A stretch of 64,000 bases of DNA, taken from NCBI RefSeq assembly GCF_009914755.1, contig NC_060938.1. One strand, 5' to 3'. Made by a program: the position numbers and the translations under genes. The DNA comes from the human T2T-CHM13v2.0 reference genome, Homo sapiens. Positions 42,836-56,259 of the stretch are shown here, piece by piece. Each line of letters opens with the position of its first letter. The stretch's first letter is position 1. Under the pieces are notes generated by a model, which was not told the origin of the DNA, did not search any database, and worked only from the letters and a program-made list of their open reading frames with translations.

Positions 42836-43500
42836 TATCACAGATTGAATTGTGTCGTTTTTCGTTTGTTCATTTTTTGAGACAGTCTTGCTCTGTTGTC
42901 CAGGCTGGAGTGCAGTGGTACAATCTCAGCTCACTGCAACCTCCACCTCCCGGGTTTCAAGCAATTCTTGCACCTTAGCCTCCCGAGTAGCTGGGACTAC
43001 AGGTGTGCACCCCCACGCCCAGCTAATTTTTTGTATTTTAGTAGACATGCAGTTTTGCCATGTTGGCCAAACTGATCTCAAACTCCTGAGCTCAAGCAAT
43101 CCGCCTGCCTTGGCCTCCCAAAGTGCTAGGATTACACACATGAGCCAATGTGCCTGGCCTGAATTGTGTCCTTCTGAAATTCATGTTGGTTGGGGGGAAC
43201 TTCCTAACCCCCAGCGTGATTGCTGTTTGAGATAGGGCTCTTAAGGAGGTAATTAAGGTTAAATGAAATCGTAAGGGTGGGGCCCGATCCAATATAACAG
43301 AGAAACCAGGGCTGTATGTACCCAGGGGAAAGGCTGTGTCAGGACAGGCAGTCAGAAAGCTGCCATCTGCAAGCCAAGGAAAGAGACTTCAGGAAAAGCC
43401 AATGCTGCTGGCACCTTAATTTTGGACCTTAATTTCTATTGTTTAAGCTGCCCATTCTACCATATTTTGTTATGACAACCCTAGCTAGAAGACAAATACA
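42836..43500 (+). mobile_element. MLT1B-like MaLR LTR interrupted by an Alu
   Basis: tgaattgtgtcc..aaattcat; ggaggtaattaaggttaaatga; gccatctgcaagccaagga; ends ..aataca. Confidence 0.88.
42857..43159 (-). mobile_element. Alu (Jb/Sz-like)
   Basis: Antisense dimer; TSD TGAATTGTGTC at 42846-42856 and 43160-43170. Confidence 0.95.
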
Positions 43501-43962
43501 GTCACCTAAGGGCAACTTTTGCCTTTAATTAATAGGTACTATCTGTTGCACTTCTGTATTTGTGTGTGTTTTCATGAGTATGTGTATTCTAACATGTTCA
43601 GTTTTGGAGGTTTTGTTAACTGGAAGAAGAGGGAAAGTTGTGCTTGCTTCTTCTTTAGGCAACCCTCCCTTCGTCAACACATTTGTGTGTGTGTGTGAGT
43701 ACCTATCACATACTGAAAACAAGGATACACACTGGGCAATAATAGCAAAGAGGATAAATACATCCTATGTCTTTTAAAGGCTTAAAATTTCCAGGCACAA
43801 ATAAATATTATACAAATAAATTCAATAAAATATGATCAATGTCATGGTGTGACAACACATTTTATGAATCTTGGTCTGTAGGCATGACCCTAGGTGGGTC
43901 AAGAGAGGCTTTACTAAGGAACAGAAATTTAACTAAATAATGACAAGGAGGTAGATGGCCAA

Positions 43963-43964
43963 AA

Positions 43965-43999
<35 letters not shown>
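43963..43999. repeat. (GAAA)n microsatellite
   Basis: Read directly. Confidence 0.95.
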
Positions 44000-44540
44000 T
44001 AGGGAAATCATACCCACACATCCACACACTTTCTTCTATTCTGAGACCTTAATTTCTGCATTAGGCTGTATACGGGCATTAAAGGTTTCTGTTTGGGGGT
44101 GTAATAGAGGGAGTTTCAACAAAATTAAGTAATCAACATCTGCAATAATCTGCCATCATTATCTGAAGAGATAGTTTTTAGGTATCCTACATTTTATTCT
44201 CTTCAAAATAAAACATAATGTTCATTGGAGTCTGATGGACATGCATTTGTATCCTAGCTTTGTTACATGTTAGCTGTGTGACTTAGGGATAAGATTTTAG
44301 CCAAGCAAATATTTTTTATTCAAACAGTTAATCAACAAATATTGAAAATAAATCTAATTCTGCCAGAGATTTAATGGTCTAGGAGAGGTAGAGGCCATAG
44401 CAGACCACAATTAGGAGCATACAGCCTGTGGGAAAAGATTAGGATAAAGAATGTGGGCTGATTTGTGAAAGATTAGGTTTTTACCACATAGTTACATTGT
44501 GTCACAAGTGATATATTGGACTAGAAAAGTGGAAGCTTTG

Positions 44541-44897
44541 TGTATTAGTCTGTTCTTACGCTGCTAATAAAGACATACCTGAGACTGGGTGATTTATAAA
44601 GGCAGGAGGTTTAATTGACTCACAATTCCACATGACTAGGAAGGCCTCACAATCATGGTGGAAATTGAAGGGGAAGTAAGACTTGTCTTACATGGCAGTA
44701 GGCAAGAGAGAGCTTCTGCAGGGGAACTCCCATTTATAAAACCATCAGACTTTGTGAGACTTATTCTCTACCACAAGAACCGTATGGGGGAAACCACCCT
44801 GATGATTCGATTATCTCCACCTGTCCCTGCCCTTGACATGTGGGGATTATTACAATTCAAGGTGAAATTTGGGTGGGGACACAGCCAAACCATATCA
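44541..44897 (-). mobile_element. Solo THE1 (C/D-type) LTR
   Basis: TGTATTAGTC...CCAAACCATATCA termini; TSD CTTTG/CTTAG (one mismatch). Confidence 0.94.
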
Positions 44898-44917
44898 CTT
44901 AGTAAGGGTTGCGGTAA

Positions 44918-46592
44918 TGATAGCAGTGGTGGCCCATCTGGAGCAGCCGCTGCCATGACACCAGCTGCACTGGCAAAGGTGCAGCTGGGGCTGCACAATC
45001 CAAAAAGCCAGCAGGACCTAGGACCAGGTGGAAGCCCTGCCCCTACTGAAGTGGGGAGCCTTGCACTCCCCAGGTGCAGCAGCAGCTGCACAGCCATGGC
45101 TGTGAACCTGGGCATCCCTGTGCTCTTGGGGGTGAGGAGTGGGCAGGAGCCCCTCCCTCCCAGGCATAGCTGCAGCTGTCCAAGCCACAACTGCAGACCC
45201 TGGCATCACTGCACTCTCAGGGGTCTGGGAAACACACACCCCTGACCCCTGCAGGCTTAGAAGTGTCTTGCTCCTTCTTCCTGGCCTCTCCTTCTCCCAG
45301 CTCCTGCTTCAATCTCAGAGCAGAGTTAAGATTGAGCCCAGGTGCTGTTGCAACCTAGCTGAGCGTGTACATGCTTGGGGCAATGCTGACATGCCAGCCC
45401 TGCTGTCTCAGTCTGCTCCAGACTTTGGGCACTGAGCAGTACAGGAGGAAGGTCAAGGCAGGGCTGAGGACAGTTTGGTGCTGGCCTGCAAGTGCTCCTC
45501 AGCATGAATAGCCTGGGCACCATGAACAGTGGCAAGAGGCAGACAGGCTCCTGGGCAGAAAAGGGCAGGTCTCTTGTGAAGCCCCACCTTCAAGGACTGA
45601 AACCTGGGGGCCGGGTTGCCACTACCACAAACTGGAATGGAAACTTAGGGTGATTTTTCCAGGCCCACCCATGGCCACCGATGGACCAATCAGCACATAT
45701 TTCCTCTCCTCTGAAGCTCATAAAAACCCTGAACTCAGCCAGACTCAAAAAGAGACGACCAAGACAACCAGCTGCAGAGAGGAGCTACCCAATCCAGCAT
45801 CTCCTCTCTGCTGAGAGCTGAGCAGATGTTGGGACCACCGGCTGTGGAGAGGAGCTATGTACTCCAAGGTCTCCTCTCTTCTGAGAGCTGAACACTCATC
45901 AGGACACTCTGCCTGCAGAGAGGAGCTGCCCAATGTAGGTCTCCTCTGAGCTGTTCTGTTGCTCAGTAAAGTTTCTCTTTGCCTTGCTCACCCTTCACTT
46001 GTCTGCATACCTCATTATTCCTGGAAACAGGACAAGAATTTGGGACCCACTGAATGGCAGGGCTAAAAGAGCTATAACACAAACAGGGCTGAAACATGCT
46101 CCTTGTTCATCATGTTGTGGGTGACAAGAAGGAGAGAAGGAAAAAGGAGAGAAGAGCTGAAGCCCTTTGGGGAGCCCAGACCTAGGAGCTCCCCAAGCCA
46201 GGGTTGTAACACCCTCTTTGGGGCTCTGTGGTTCCTGGCATCACTGTGTTCCCTGATGCCAGCCGTGGAAGCTGCTTGTGGTATGCCCGGTCCAGCCACA
46301 GCCTCACAGGGAGCCAGCACCTGGGCCAGTGCCTGGAGCTTCCTGTCCTCCCACAGCCAGTGTGCCTGGCTGTGTGCAATGGCCAGACCCCACACTCACT
46401 TTTCACACACCCCTCACCACTCTGCTCACCCCTGACAGGTATGGGATCCAGGCCAGTAGCATGAGCCAAACATAGACCGCCAGGTTGAGTGGGCGGAACA
46501 AGCACAGCAGACCTGAGCAAAACTTAAGTAAAGGCACCACTGGCCACGGGGGTTTCCATCTGGAAAAGCCTCACCCCAAGGATCCTAGAACA
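44918..46592 (+). mobile_element. MER52-type ERV1 solo LTR (1675 bp)
   Basis: TGA...ACA termini; 4-bp TSD GTAA at 44914-44917 and 46593-46596; GC-rich U3, ggaccaatcagc CCAAT box (~45683), cataaaaa TATA-like motif, internal agagaggagct repeats. Confidence 0.85.
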
Positions 46593-46677
46593 GTAACAAT
46601 AATGATGACCAACTGCTAGATATTGCTAAAAAAATAATAAATAAAAATAAATAAAAATGAAAACCTCAAAACAAAAC

Positions 46678-46990
46678 AGTCAGGTGCAGTGGTTCATGCA
46701 TGTAATCCCAGCACTTTTGGAGAACGAGGCAGGAGGATAGCTTGAATCTGGGAGTTCAACACCAGCCTAGGTATCAAAGTGAGATCTGATCCCTACAGAC
46801 AATAAAAATTAAAAAAGAAAATTCATCCTGCATGGTGGCATACATCTGTAGTCCCAGTTATTTGGCAGGATGAGAGGATGAGGCCAGAGGATTACTTGAG
46901 CCCAGGAGGGTGAGGTTGCAATGAGCTATGATCATACAACTTGAACTCCAGCCTAGGTGACAAAGCAAGACCCCGTCTCTTAAAAAAAAA
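46678..46990 (+). mobile_element. AluJ-type
   Basis: Diverged dimer with J features (ggaggatagcttga, gagcccaggagg) and an A-tail. Confidence 0.92.
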
Positions 46991-47275
46991 TACATCTATT
47001 CTGAGTTTTGTGTTTTATGTCAAGTGACCTAACATCCAACTCCTTAAGTGTTGACATGGTGGAAGACGATGTGTTTTGGCATCACTTCCAAATCTGCCAT
47101 TACTGTAGCCTTAAAGCATCTTGGCCTTGGGCTCCTTATCTTTAAAATGGAATACAATTCACTAGACCTAGTAGACTTTCTAGGATTGCTATGAAGTGAA
47201 AACGAATCAAAAAAGAGTCATCCTATACACACACAAACTCACAAAACTCATTAAAGGCAAAAGTTGGTCTTTGGC

Positions 47276-47569
47276 AGTCTGTTGCGATGGCTCATGTCTG
47301 TAATCCCAGTGCTTTGCGAAGCTGAAGCAAGAGGAATGCTTGAGACCAGGAGTTTGTGACCAGCCTGAGCAACCTAGGGAGACCCTGTCTCTACAAAAAG
47401 ATAGAATAAAATAACCAGGCATGGTGCTATGTGCCTGTAGTCCCCGCTACTTGGGAGGCTGAGGCATTAGGATCACTTGAACCGAGGACATTGAGGCTGC
47501 AGTGAGCGAAGTTCATGCCACTGCACTCTAGCCTGAGTGACAGAGCAAGATCCTGTCTCAAAAGAAAAA
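47276..47569 (+). mobile_element. AluJ-type
   Basis: Diverged dimer; TSD AAAAGTTGGTCTT on both sides. Confidence 0.92.
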
Positions 47570-47749
47570 AAAAGTTGGTCTTGGTGATATAAAAGAAAGA
47601 TTAACATGGTAAGGCAAGAAATCTTTTTACTTCTTTGTGTTCCCAGAATTATTAATATTACATGGAGGCTTAGGGAAAGAACTTGATAATGTGTGTTGAC
47701 TTATACAAAATTATTGAAAGTAAAGTAATTTTGGATGCTTTCAGCTTCA

Positions 47750-47925
47750 AGAGAGGAAGGAAGAAAAGAAATAATAAAGGAAAGAGGAAGGAAGGAGGAA
47801 GGAAGGAAGGGAGAAAGAAAGGGAGGAAGGAAGGAGGGAAGGAAGGAAGGGAAGAAGGGAGGGAGGGAGGGGGGAAGAAGAAAAGAGCAAGACAAGTAGG
47901 GAAGAAAAAATAAAGGAGGAAAGAA
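47750..47925. repeat. (GGAA)n/GA-rich low-complexity tract
   Basis: Read directly. Confidence 0.9.
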
Positions 47926-48690
47926 ATTAAAACAACTTACACTTAACTTGTGTTAGCTTACATAACAAAAAGCTGAAAGTAGGCCTATCCAACTGAAGAT
48001 AAACATAAATAGATTTGAGGAAATGGAAGAAAGATGAGTATTTCAGAAAACAGAAGGTCTTGAGTGCTGCTAAGAATGATAGTATCATGGACACAGATGA
48101 GAAGTTTGGGAGAGGAGGAAATTTTTTTGATCAATACATTATCTTTGATACTTCTATGTTCAATAAATAATTCTGATATACATTAAGTTTTAAAAGCAGT
48201 GCTTGAGAATATTTTTTCACAGAGCAGGAGTGAGAAGCACTTGTACTGGGCTGGCAGTGCCAAATGCCCCTTATCACCCCCGAGAATATTTTTTCACAAG
48301 AGTAACACTACATCTTTGAACTCTGGTTTTTCATAATGTGTTCATAAAGTGTTCATTTTTCCCTCAAAGCAAACAAATTAAGGTGTGCTTCCTTTGTAAA
48401 ATAAATTATAAAACTTGGTTCATCTATCATGCTATCTTGTACAGTTCTTATTATCTAGTGCAACCAAGTGTCAATAGTACAGAAATATTGAATGTTCTTA
48501 ATGATGCCCTGAGGCTCAGCCGTATTGACAACCACATCTCTAACCACCAGCTAATAAACTGATCATGATTTAATTAAATTTGTATATTAAGGATGAATGG
48601 CCCTCTTTGCTATTGGGAAGGTACTTTCATTTACTCAACAGGCAATATTTAGAGACTATGATGCACTGGAGCTCAAAGACAAATTAAGTA

Positions 48691-49141
48691 AGACTATTTA
48701 CATACAGAGTACAGACCTACAGACCAGGAAACAAGAATACACAATCCACCATACTAAGTACTTTAATTGAGATGCATATGTGATCCTTTGGCAGTGGATT
48801 CAGTCTTCACAGTAAACTTGCACTAGGTTAATTCAGAAAGTTTAAGTGATTTGTCAAATTGCCATTAGTTTATAAGAGGGAGAACAGTGTTTAAGTCTCA
48901 ATCTATTACTATGAAGTCTCTATTTTTCTCAATAACCTCTGATTATTTGAAAATTAAGAATCAATCCATGCATAATACAGGTAGTACAAGTATTATTATT
49001 ATTGTTATTTTAGATACAGGGTCTCGCTCTGCCAGAGTGCAGAAACAAGAACATGGCTTACTGCAGACTCGACCTCCTGGGCTTAAGCAATCCTCCTACT
49101 CAGCCTCCCAAGTAGCTGGGACTCCAAGCATGAGCCATCAC
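48691..49141 (+). repeat. Probable donor copy of the 451-bp duplication
   Basis: Matches 41376-41826; here the AluJ continues intact to 49284. Confidence 0.95.
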
Positions 49142-49284
49142 ATCTGACTTATTTTTTATTTTTTTGTAGAGGCTATGTCTTGCTATGTTGCCAAGCCTGG
49201 TCTGGAAATCCTGTGCTCAAGTGATCCTTATGCCTCAGCCTTCCAAAGTGCGGTGGTTATAGGTATGAGCCACTGTGCCTGGCC
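48991..49284 (-). mobile_element. AluJ-type with a (TAT)n tail
   Basis: Antisense dimer ending ...gagccactgtgcctggcc. Confidence 0.92.
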
Positions 49285-49384
49285 ACTGCATGGATTTTTA
49301 GAAGTGTCTCATATACCAACTCAAATTCGCTAATCCACCCCTTCAGTTGCGGTCTGTATATTGATACACATATGTTGTTCACTT

Positions 49385-49990
49385 AACTAGTCAGGGTTAT
49401 CTAGAGAAACAGAAGCAATTATATATATTATATATAATTATGAAATATATTTATATTATATATCATATATAAATATATGTTATACACTAAAGAGAGAGAA
49501 AGAAAGAGGAGATTTATTATGGAAATGGACTCATACAACTCTAGAGGCCTGAAAATCTCACAATCTGCCATCTGTAAGCTTGAGAATCAGGAAAGCCTGT
49601 AGTGTAATTCAGTCAGAGTTTAAAATCCTGAGACCCTGGGGTCGGGGCGGGGGCAACATAGGAGTGGGGGTGAGGTAGGCAGCTCTGGTGTAAGCCCCAG
49701 CATCCAAAGACCTGAGAATCAGGAACTCCAATGTCTAAGTGGAAGAGAAGACGAATTTCCCAGCTCAAGGAGAAAGAAAATTAGCTCTTCTTTTTTTGTT
49801 CTTGTTCTGTCCAGGGTCTCAACAGATTGGTTAATACCCATAACAGCGACCATGAATCTTCCTTATTCATTCTACTAATTCAATTAATTATCTCTTCTGG
49901 AAACACCCTCACAGACACACACCTAAAGTTTTACCAGCTACTTGGGTATCCCCAAACCTAGTCATGTAGACACATAAAATTAACCATCAC
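49385..49990 (-). mobile_element. MLT2-type (ERVL) LTR
   Basis: gtcagggttatctagagaaacagaa...aaacaccctcacagacacac...gacacataaaattaaccatcac. Confidence 0.85.
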
Positions 49991-51887
49991 CTCCAACAAA
50001 CCTCAAACCCACCTATGGTACCAGGGTGCCTATCTTCAAAAGGACTCCCCGTCAGCCACATAGGGGCAATATCCAGCCTCTTCCATGAACAAGTAGGCCT
50101 TGTTCTAGGCCCGAATCAATCTGGATTTCTCCCCTCCCATTTCTGGTTTTGTGTTCTGTCATTCCCCTATACATACAAATTGGTCTGTCTCCTTCTCAGG
50201 GACCAGCTCTGCCAATCAAGGGGGAATTCAAACTGCTTGTTCTAGTTCATAAAACCTTTCATTACACCTTTTCCCCACAGCAACTGATGCTAGTAAGCTT
50301 TAGATTTTCTTAATTAAGCAGACCATGGGGAAGCAATTTATTAATGTTTCTTGGAAGTAAAGGCCTGCCCCAAGGTGACATGTAATCACCAACCCTAGAC
50401 TGAGTTTTGCAAAATTTAATGCTCCATCTCCAGTAAGCATGTTTTATCTCCATGAGAATAGGAAAACTGGATGTTCCTCCTTGCTGGAAATGGGTTTTTA
50501 AACACAAAACCATTTCAATCTCAAACCAATTAACACACCAGAGCCAGTTTTTGGCACGAATGAGACAATAATAACTGTGCTGATAGCCAGATTGAAACGC
50601 ACATATATTGCTACTAAGAGCTGCCCCAAGACTGCATGAAGAGAGTGCTATACAGAGAAAGCAGTTTTGCAACAATTTCTTACTGATGGAGGGTTAGCTT
50701 TCCACCACTCTCACTTTGCCAGCTATCAATTCCTTTTCCAATCACGTATAAATTTTTGTGCTTCTTTCTCATCTTTACCTACTCCCATTTCTTGCCTCCA
50801 TTCACATTACATATATTTTAGTATCCAGTTTGACACATTGGCTACTTAGCACTATAAAATTGTTTTGGGGTAGAATCTACATTAAAAAAGAACTTTCAAT
50901 AATGTCATCTTCCAAGGGATTAGAAAACTAATATTTGCAGATAGATACATTCATTTGATGCTGAAATGCTAAAGAATACTGACATGCATTTTAGTACATA
51001 CATCTAATAGTAATAAAAATCATAATTTAATCTTTATAGTCCTTATTTTATTTATTTTTCTGAAAAGGAATCCTATTTGTCTATCGCTTGACTCTCTACA
51101 AAAAACAATTATTATTGAGTTGAAAATTATTTCTTTTAATTTTTACAAAGTTTCAATAATAAAAATTCTGGCAGTTTATTTATTTCTTTTTTATATGTAC
51201 TAAGAGGAAATTACAAGTTGTATTACCTATGGCATCAAATTATCTTAATATTTTCTGTAGATGGTAATTTCCAGTTACTTAGGTCAGCAGCATGGGTAAG
51301 TGTGGGGAGGCTGCACTGACAATTGTGCATCTAGAAAGAAATGCTGGGGGTTTATAATATGTAATGTGAAAAAGGGAAAAGGAGACGGACACGAGGGAAA
51401 GATACACAACATATGCGTGTAGTTTAGTATGCCCCCAGCTTCTCTTTTTCTAAGATTTACATTTCTCCTATCCATTCTTATTATTGCCACAGAAGCAGCC
51501 ATATTACAACCTAATCTTTTTTTCCTGAGCAGAGTTGATTGGTTTTCCAGGAAGACACATGGCTCAAACTTGGCTGATAATAAGATTATTCTAGCCACCA
51601 ACAATACTGAGCTACCTGAAATGGCTGATTCAGTGGTAGGAACCAATCCCCAGTTGAACCAGCGGGACTCTTTCCCAAGGTTTCTGCCCTTGAACCCAAC
51701 AGAGCTGGGGAACTAATTCCTTGGGTACTGAAAGAGTGATCCATAGCCATACTTCCTACTTCATAACCAGCATTGAAGATGTTCTACAGGGGAAGGGGCC
51801 ACATAGGGAGATATGTGAAAAGGAGCAGGGGAAAGATGAAAGAAAATCTCTAAAATTGTTCGAATTATTGGATTAATTGATTTCTGA

Positions 51888-52229
<342 letters not shown>

Positions 52230-53092
52230 TTAAGCCAGTTTTGATTGAGTAGCTGTCACCTTGACCAAACACATGTTAACTATTTTGTACTATACAGAAG
52301 AGTCAATAAACTGTGTCAGAAGTGCAGCAAGGTACACCGGCCATCATGACTTTGCAGATGTGCAGGTCAGGTAATAATCTAATACTTGAGAACAGAACAC
52401 TGTGGTTATCTTGAAAGTCTCATGGATCAGGGACCCACCCCAAATTGTGTGGCACTGCTGTTCTGCTGCAGCTTCATCCTCAGCCATTTCTCTGGACCAT
52501 AGCCAGTTCTCCAAACTGCAGAATACCCTCTTTGGAAGAATGAGGAAATGGTGCTCAGATTACATCAGATGTCCACTTTATTAAAAAAATAATATAAAGG
52601 ACAATAACACAGGAGTCAGACTGAATAATACCAGGTTGGGATGGGTGACATTTTGTACCCAAAAGAGCTGGGTGCTCTATCATTCTATATACATAATCTG
52701 TCTCAGTAACCTGCATCATCTTTCCTCTCCCTTCCCTTACCCAGACCAGGTTAGCATTCTTTCCCATCCTGTATATTGGTAGTTAGAAAAAAAAAATGGA
52801 AAGATAAAATGAGTAGGGATATGAGATTTTCTAAATTTAAGTGAATCAACTTTCTAGATCTATGGACTTCAGACATGAGCTTAAGACAGACAAAGTATAT
52901 GCAAGTCCTTACTTTTATTGTGCCTAATTAGGGATAGAATTAGCTTATCACAGTCAGCTAACTTAAACTCTTGAGTATGAGCTTTTCAATGACAATACTT
53001 CATATAACATACTTGAATGTGTATGATTATATGTGTGTATATGTGTGACTTGTTTTATTACCAGTTTATGGGCTTTTAAAAAAGATGTCTGG

Positions 53093-55362
53093 TGACATGG
53101 TTTGGCTTTGTGTCTCCACCCAAATCTCACCTTGAATTGTAATAATCCCCACATGTCAAGGTAAGGACCAGGTGGAGATAACTGAATCATGGATGTGGTT
53201 ACCTCCATGCTGTTCTTGTGATAGTGAGTGAGTTCTCAGGAGATCTGATGGTTTAAAAATGTGTTTCTCCCTTCACTCTACAGTTCTCTCTCCTGCCATC
53301 ATGTGAAGAAGGGTGTGTTTGCTTCCACTTGCAGCATGATTGTAAGTTTCCTGAGGCCTCCCCAGCCATGAAGAACTGTGAGTCAATTAAACCTCTTTTC
53401 TTTATAAATTACCCAGCCTTACATATTTATTCATAGCAGTGTGAAAACAGGCAAATACAAAAAATTGGCACTGGGTACTGGGCCACTGCTGTAAAGATAC
53501 ACAAAAATCTGGAAGCAACTTTGGAACTGAGTAACAGGAAGAGGTTGAAACAGTTTGGAGGGCTCAGAAGAAGACAGAAAGATGTGAAAAAGTTTGGAAC
53601 TTTCTAAAGATTTATTGAACGGCTTTGACCAAAAAGCTGACAGTGATATGGACAATGAAGTGCAGGCTGAGGTAGTCTCAAGTGGAAATGAGGAACTTGT
53701 TGAGAACTGGAATAAAGGTGACTCTTGACCCTTGCTATACTTTAGCAAATAGACTGGAAGCAATTTGCCCCTGCCCTAGAGATCTGTGGAACTATGAACT
53801 TGAGAGAGATGATTTAGGGCAACTGATGGAAGCAATTTCTAAGCAGCAAAGTGTTCAAGAGAAAGCGGATTATAAGAGTTTGGAAAATTTTCAGCCTACC
53901 GATGCAGTAGAAAAACAGAACCCATTTTTTTGGGGAGAAATTCAAGCTGGCTGCAGAAATTTACATAAGTAACTAGGAGCTGAATGTTAATCACCAAGAG
54001 AATGGGGAAAATGCCTGCAAGCCATGTCAGAGACCTTCATGGCAGCCCCTGTCATAACAGGCACAGAGGCCTAGGAGGAAAAAATGGTTTCACTTCCCAG
54101 GGTCCCCCCTGCTCTATGCAGCCTTGGGACATGGTGCCCTGTGTATCAGCTGTTTCAGCTCCAGCTGTGGCTCAAGTGGCCAAAGTAAAGCTCAGGCCAT
54201 TGTTTCAGAGGGTGCAAGCCCCACACCTTGGTGGCTTACACATGGTGTTGGGCCTGTGGGTGCACAGAAGTCAAGAACTGAGGTTTGGGACCTCTGCCTA
54301 GATTTCAGAGGATGTATGGAAACACTTCTATGTCCAAGCAGAAGTTTGCTGCAGAGGCAGACCCCTCATGGAGAAACTGTGCTAGGGCAGTGCAGGAGGG
54401 AAATGTGGGGTTGGAGTCCCTACACAGAGTCCACACTGGGGCACTGCCTAGTGAAGCTGTGAGAAGAGGGCTACCGTCTTCCAGACCTAAGAATGGTAGA
54501 TCCCCCGACAGCTTGCACTGTGTGCCTGGAAAAGCTGCAGGCACTCAATGCCAGCCTGTGAAAGCAGCTTGGAGAGGGGCTATACCTTGCAAAGCCACAG
54601 GTGTGTAGCAGTCCAAACTGCTGGGAGCCCACCTCTTGCATCAGTGTGACCTGGATGTGAAAGCTGGAGTCAAAGGAGGTCATTTTGGAGCTTTAAGGTT
54701 TAATGACTGCCCTACTGGATTTCAGACTTGTGTGGGGGCTGTAGACCCTTTGTTTTGGACAATTCCTCCCATTTGGAATGGGTGTATTTACTCAATGCCT
54801 GTACTGTCATTGTATTAAGGAAGTAACTAATTTGCTTCCAATTTTACAAACTCATAGGTGGAAGGAAATTTTCTATTCTCAAATGAGACTTTGGACTTGG
54901 ACTTTTGGGTTAATGCTGGAATTAGCTAAGACATTAGGGGACTGTTGGAAGGGCATGATTATGTTTTGAAATGTGAGCACATGAGATATGGGAGGGGTCA
55001 AGGGTGGAATGATATGGTTTTGCTGTGTCCCCACTAAAATATCACCTTGAATTGTAATAATCTGCATGTATCAAAGGCAGAACCAGGTGGAGATGATTGA
55101 ATTATAGGGAGGTTCCACACATGCTCTTCTCATGATAGTGAGTGAGTTCTCACGAGATCTGATGGTTTTATAAGGGGCTTCCTCCTTCACTCTGCACTCA
55201 TTCTCTCTCCTGCCACCCTGTAAAGAGGTGCCTTCCACCATGATTGTAAGATTCCTGAGGCCTCCCCAGGCATACTGAACTGTGAGTCAATTAAACCTCT
55301 TTCCTTTATAATTACCCAGTCTTGGGTATTTCTTCATACCAGCATGAGAATGGACTAATACA
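53093..55362 (+). mobile_element. Complete THE1 (D-like) MaLR provirus: 5'LTR 53093-53459, internal region 53460-55009, 3'LTR 55010-55362
   Basis: Two TG...CA LTRs flank THE1-int sequence (ggaagcaactttggaactg; ctagagatctgtggaact.tgaacttgagagagatgatttaggg); polypurine tract before the 3'LTR; TSD TCTGG at 53088-53092 and 55363-55367. Confidence 0.96.
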
Positions 55363-56259
55363 TCTGGTAACTGACTTCAGATTAAAAGTATTCATAAAAA
55401 CTCCTAAATTTAGTCTTTTTCTTATTTTTTTTTCTTGTTACTCTGAATTGGAGGGATTCCTTCCTGGGTAGAAATAAGTGTTTTTATGTCTTGTTAGTAA
55501 TCATCTGAGGGCAGAAATCCTGTGTTTACATTCGCTTGCTGTTTCCCTTCAGGTAATTACTTCTTAGAATTCCTGCCAAACTGGTTCAACTCCAGGTCTC
55601 TTAAACAAAAGTCAAGGGGACTGAATAATAAACAGTCATCATAGGACCCTGATATTCATGATACAATTTGACCTTTACTCATGAACTTTTTTGTGATTCT
55701 GAACCACTTTGTCTGAAGTCCAGAATGAGATTATTACATAAATGACAGAGTAATTTGGCAAGTACCCATATGAAATAGGAAGAATAAGATGTGAAGAGAA
55801 GGGCTAGGTGTTAAGAGATTTGGAGAGGAAGCACGAATCTTTAGTATAGATGTGACATATAAGATGAGCTGGGATTTCGGGAGGAAGGATGAATTGAGAA
55901 TCTTGAGTATAGATATGAAATAGAAGATGACTGGTTGACCATCATGTAGGACATAGGGCCTGCAGCAGGAAGGAGGAATGCCTGTGGACTGCAACTGCTC
56001 ATGGGAAAAGTCATGTGAAAGAGTGGATCAAGGTGGTACCCCACAAAAAGCTGACCAAGGTGGATGAGTTTGCATTCATTAGAATACAACTTGCTCAAAG
56101 AGGCAAGAATGGGTTAATTTGAAAAAATAAAATCTATCTAAAATTCAGCACCTCCTGGACACAGTGCAATTGGCTTCCCCTGGCACATTAGGGCAATGTG
56201 CAAGATGCTGGTGTTGGCAGGAAATAGATTCTCAGTTAGGCAAATGCATCCCCTTCCTA

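Noticed and set aside
44655-45245. 196-aa ORF, the longest in the window
   Set aside because: It runs from an antisense THE1 LTR into GC-rich MER52 U3, where stop codons are scarce; no recognisable domain
45775-45940. Repeated agagaggagct / tctcctct..ctgagagctga units
   Set aside because: Appear to be intrinsic internal repeats of MER52/LTR1-type LTRs
48964-49296. 10-bp inverted repeat AATCCATGCA / TGCATGGATT flanking an AluJ
   Set aside because: Too short to distinguish from chance, and there is no other sign of an inversion
53682-54969. Several overlapping ORFs
   Set aside because: Fragments of the decayed THE1 internal region, broken by frameshifts and stops
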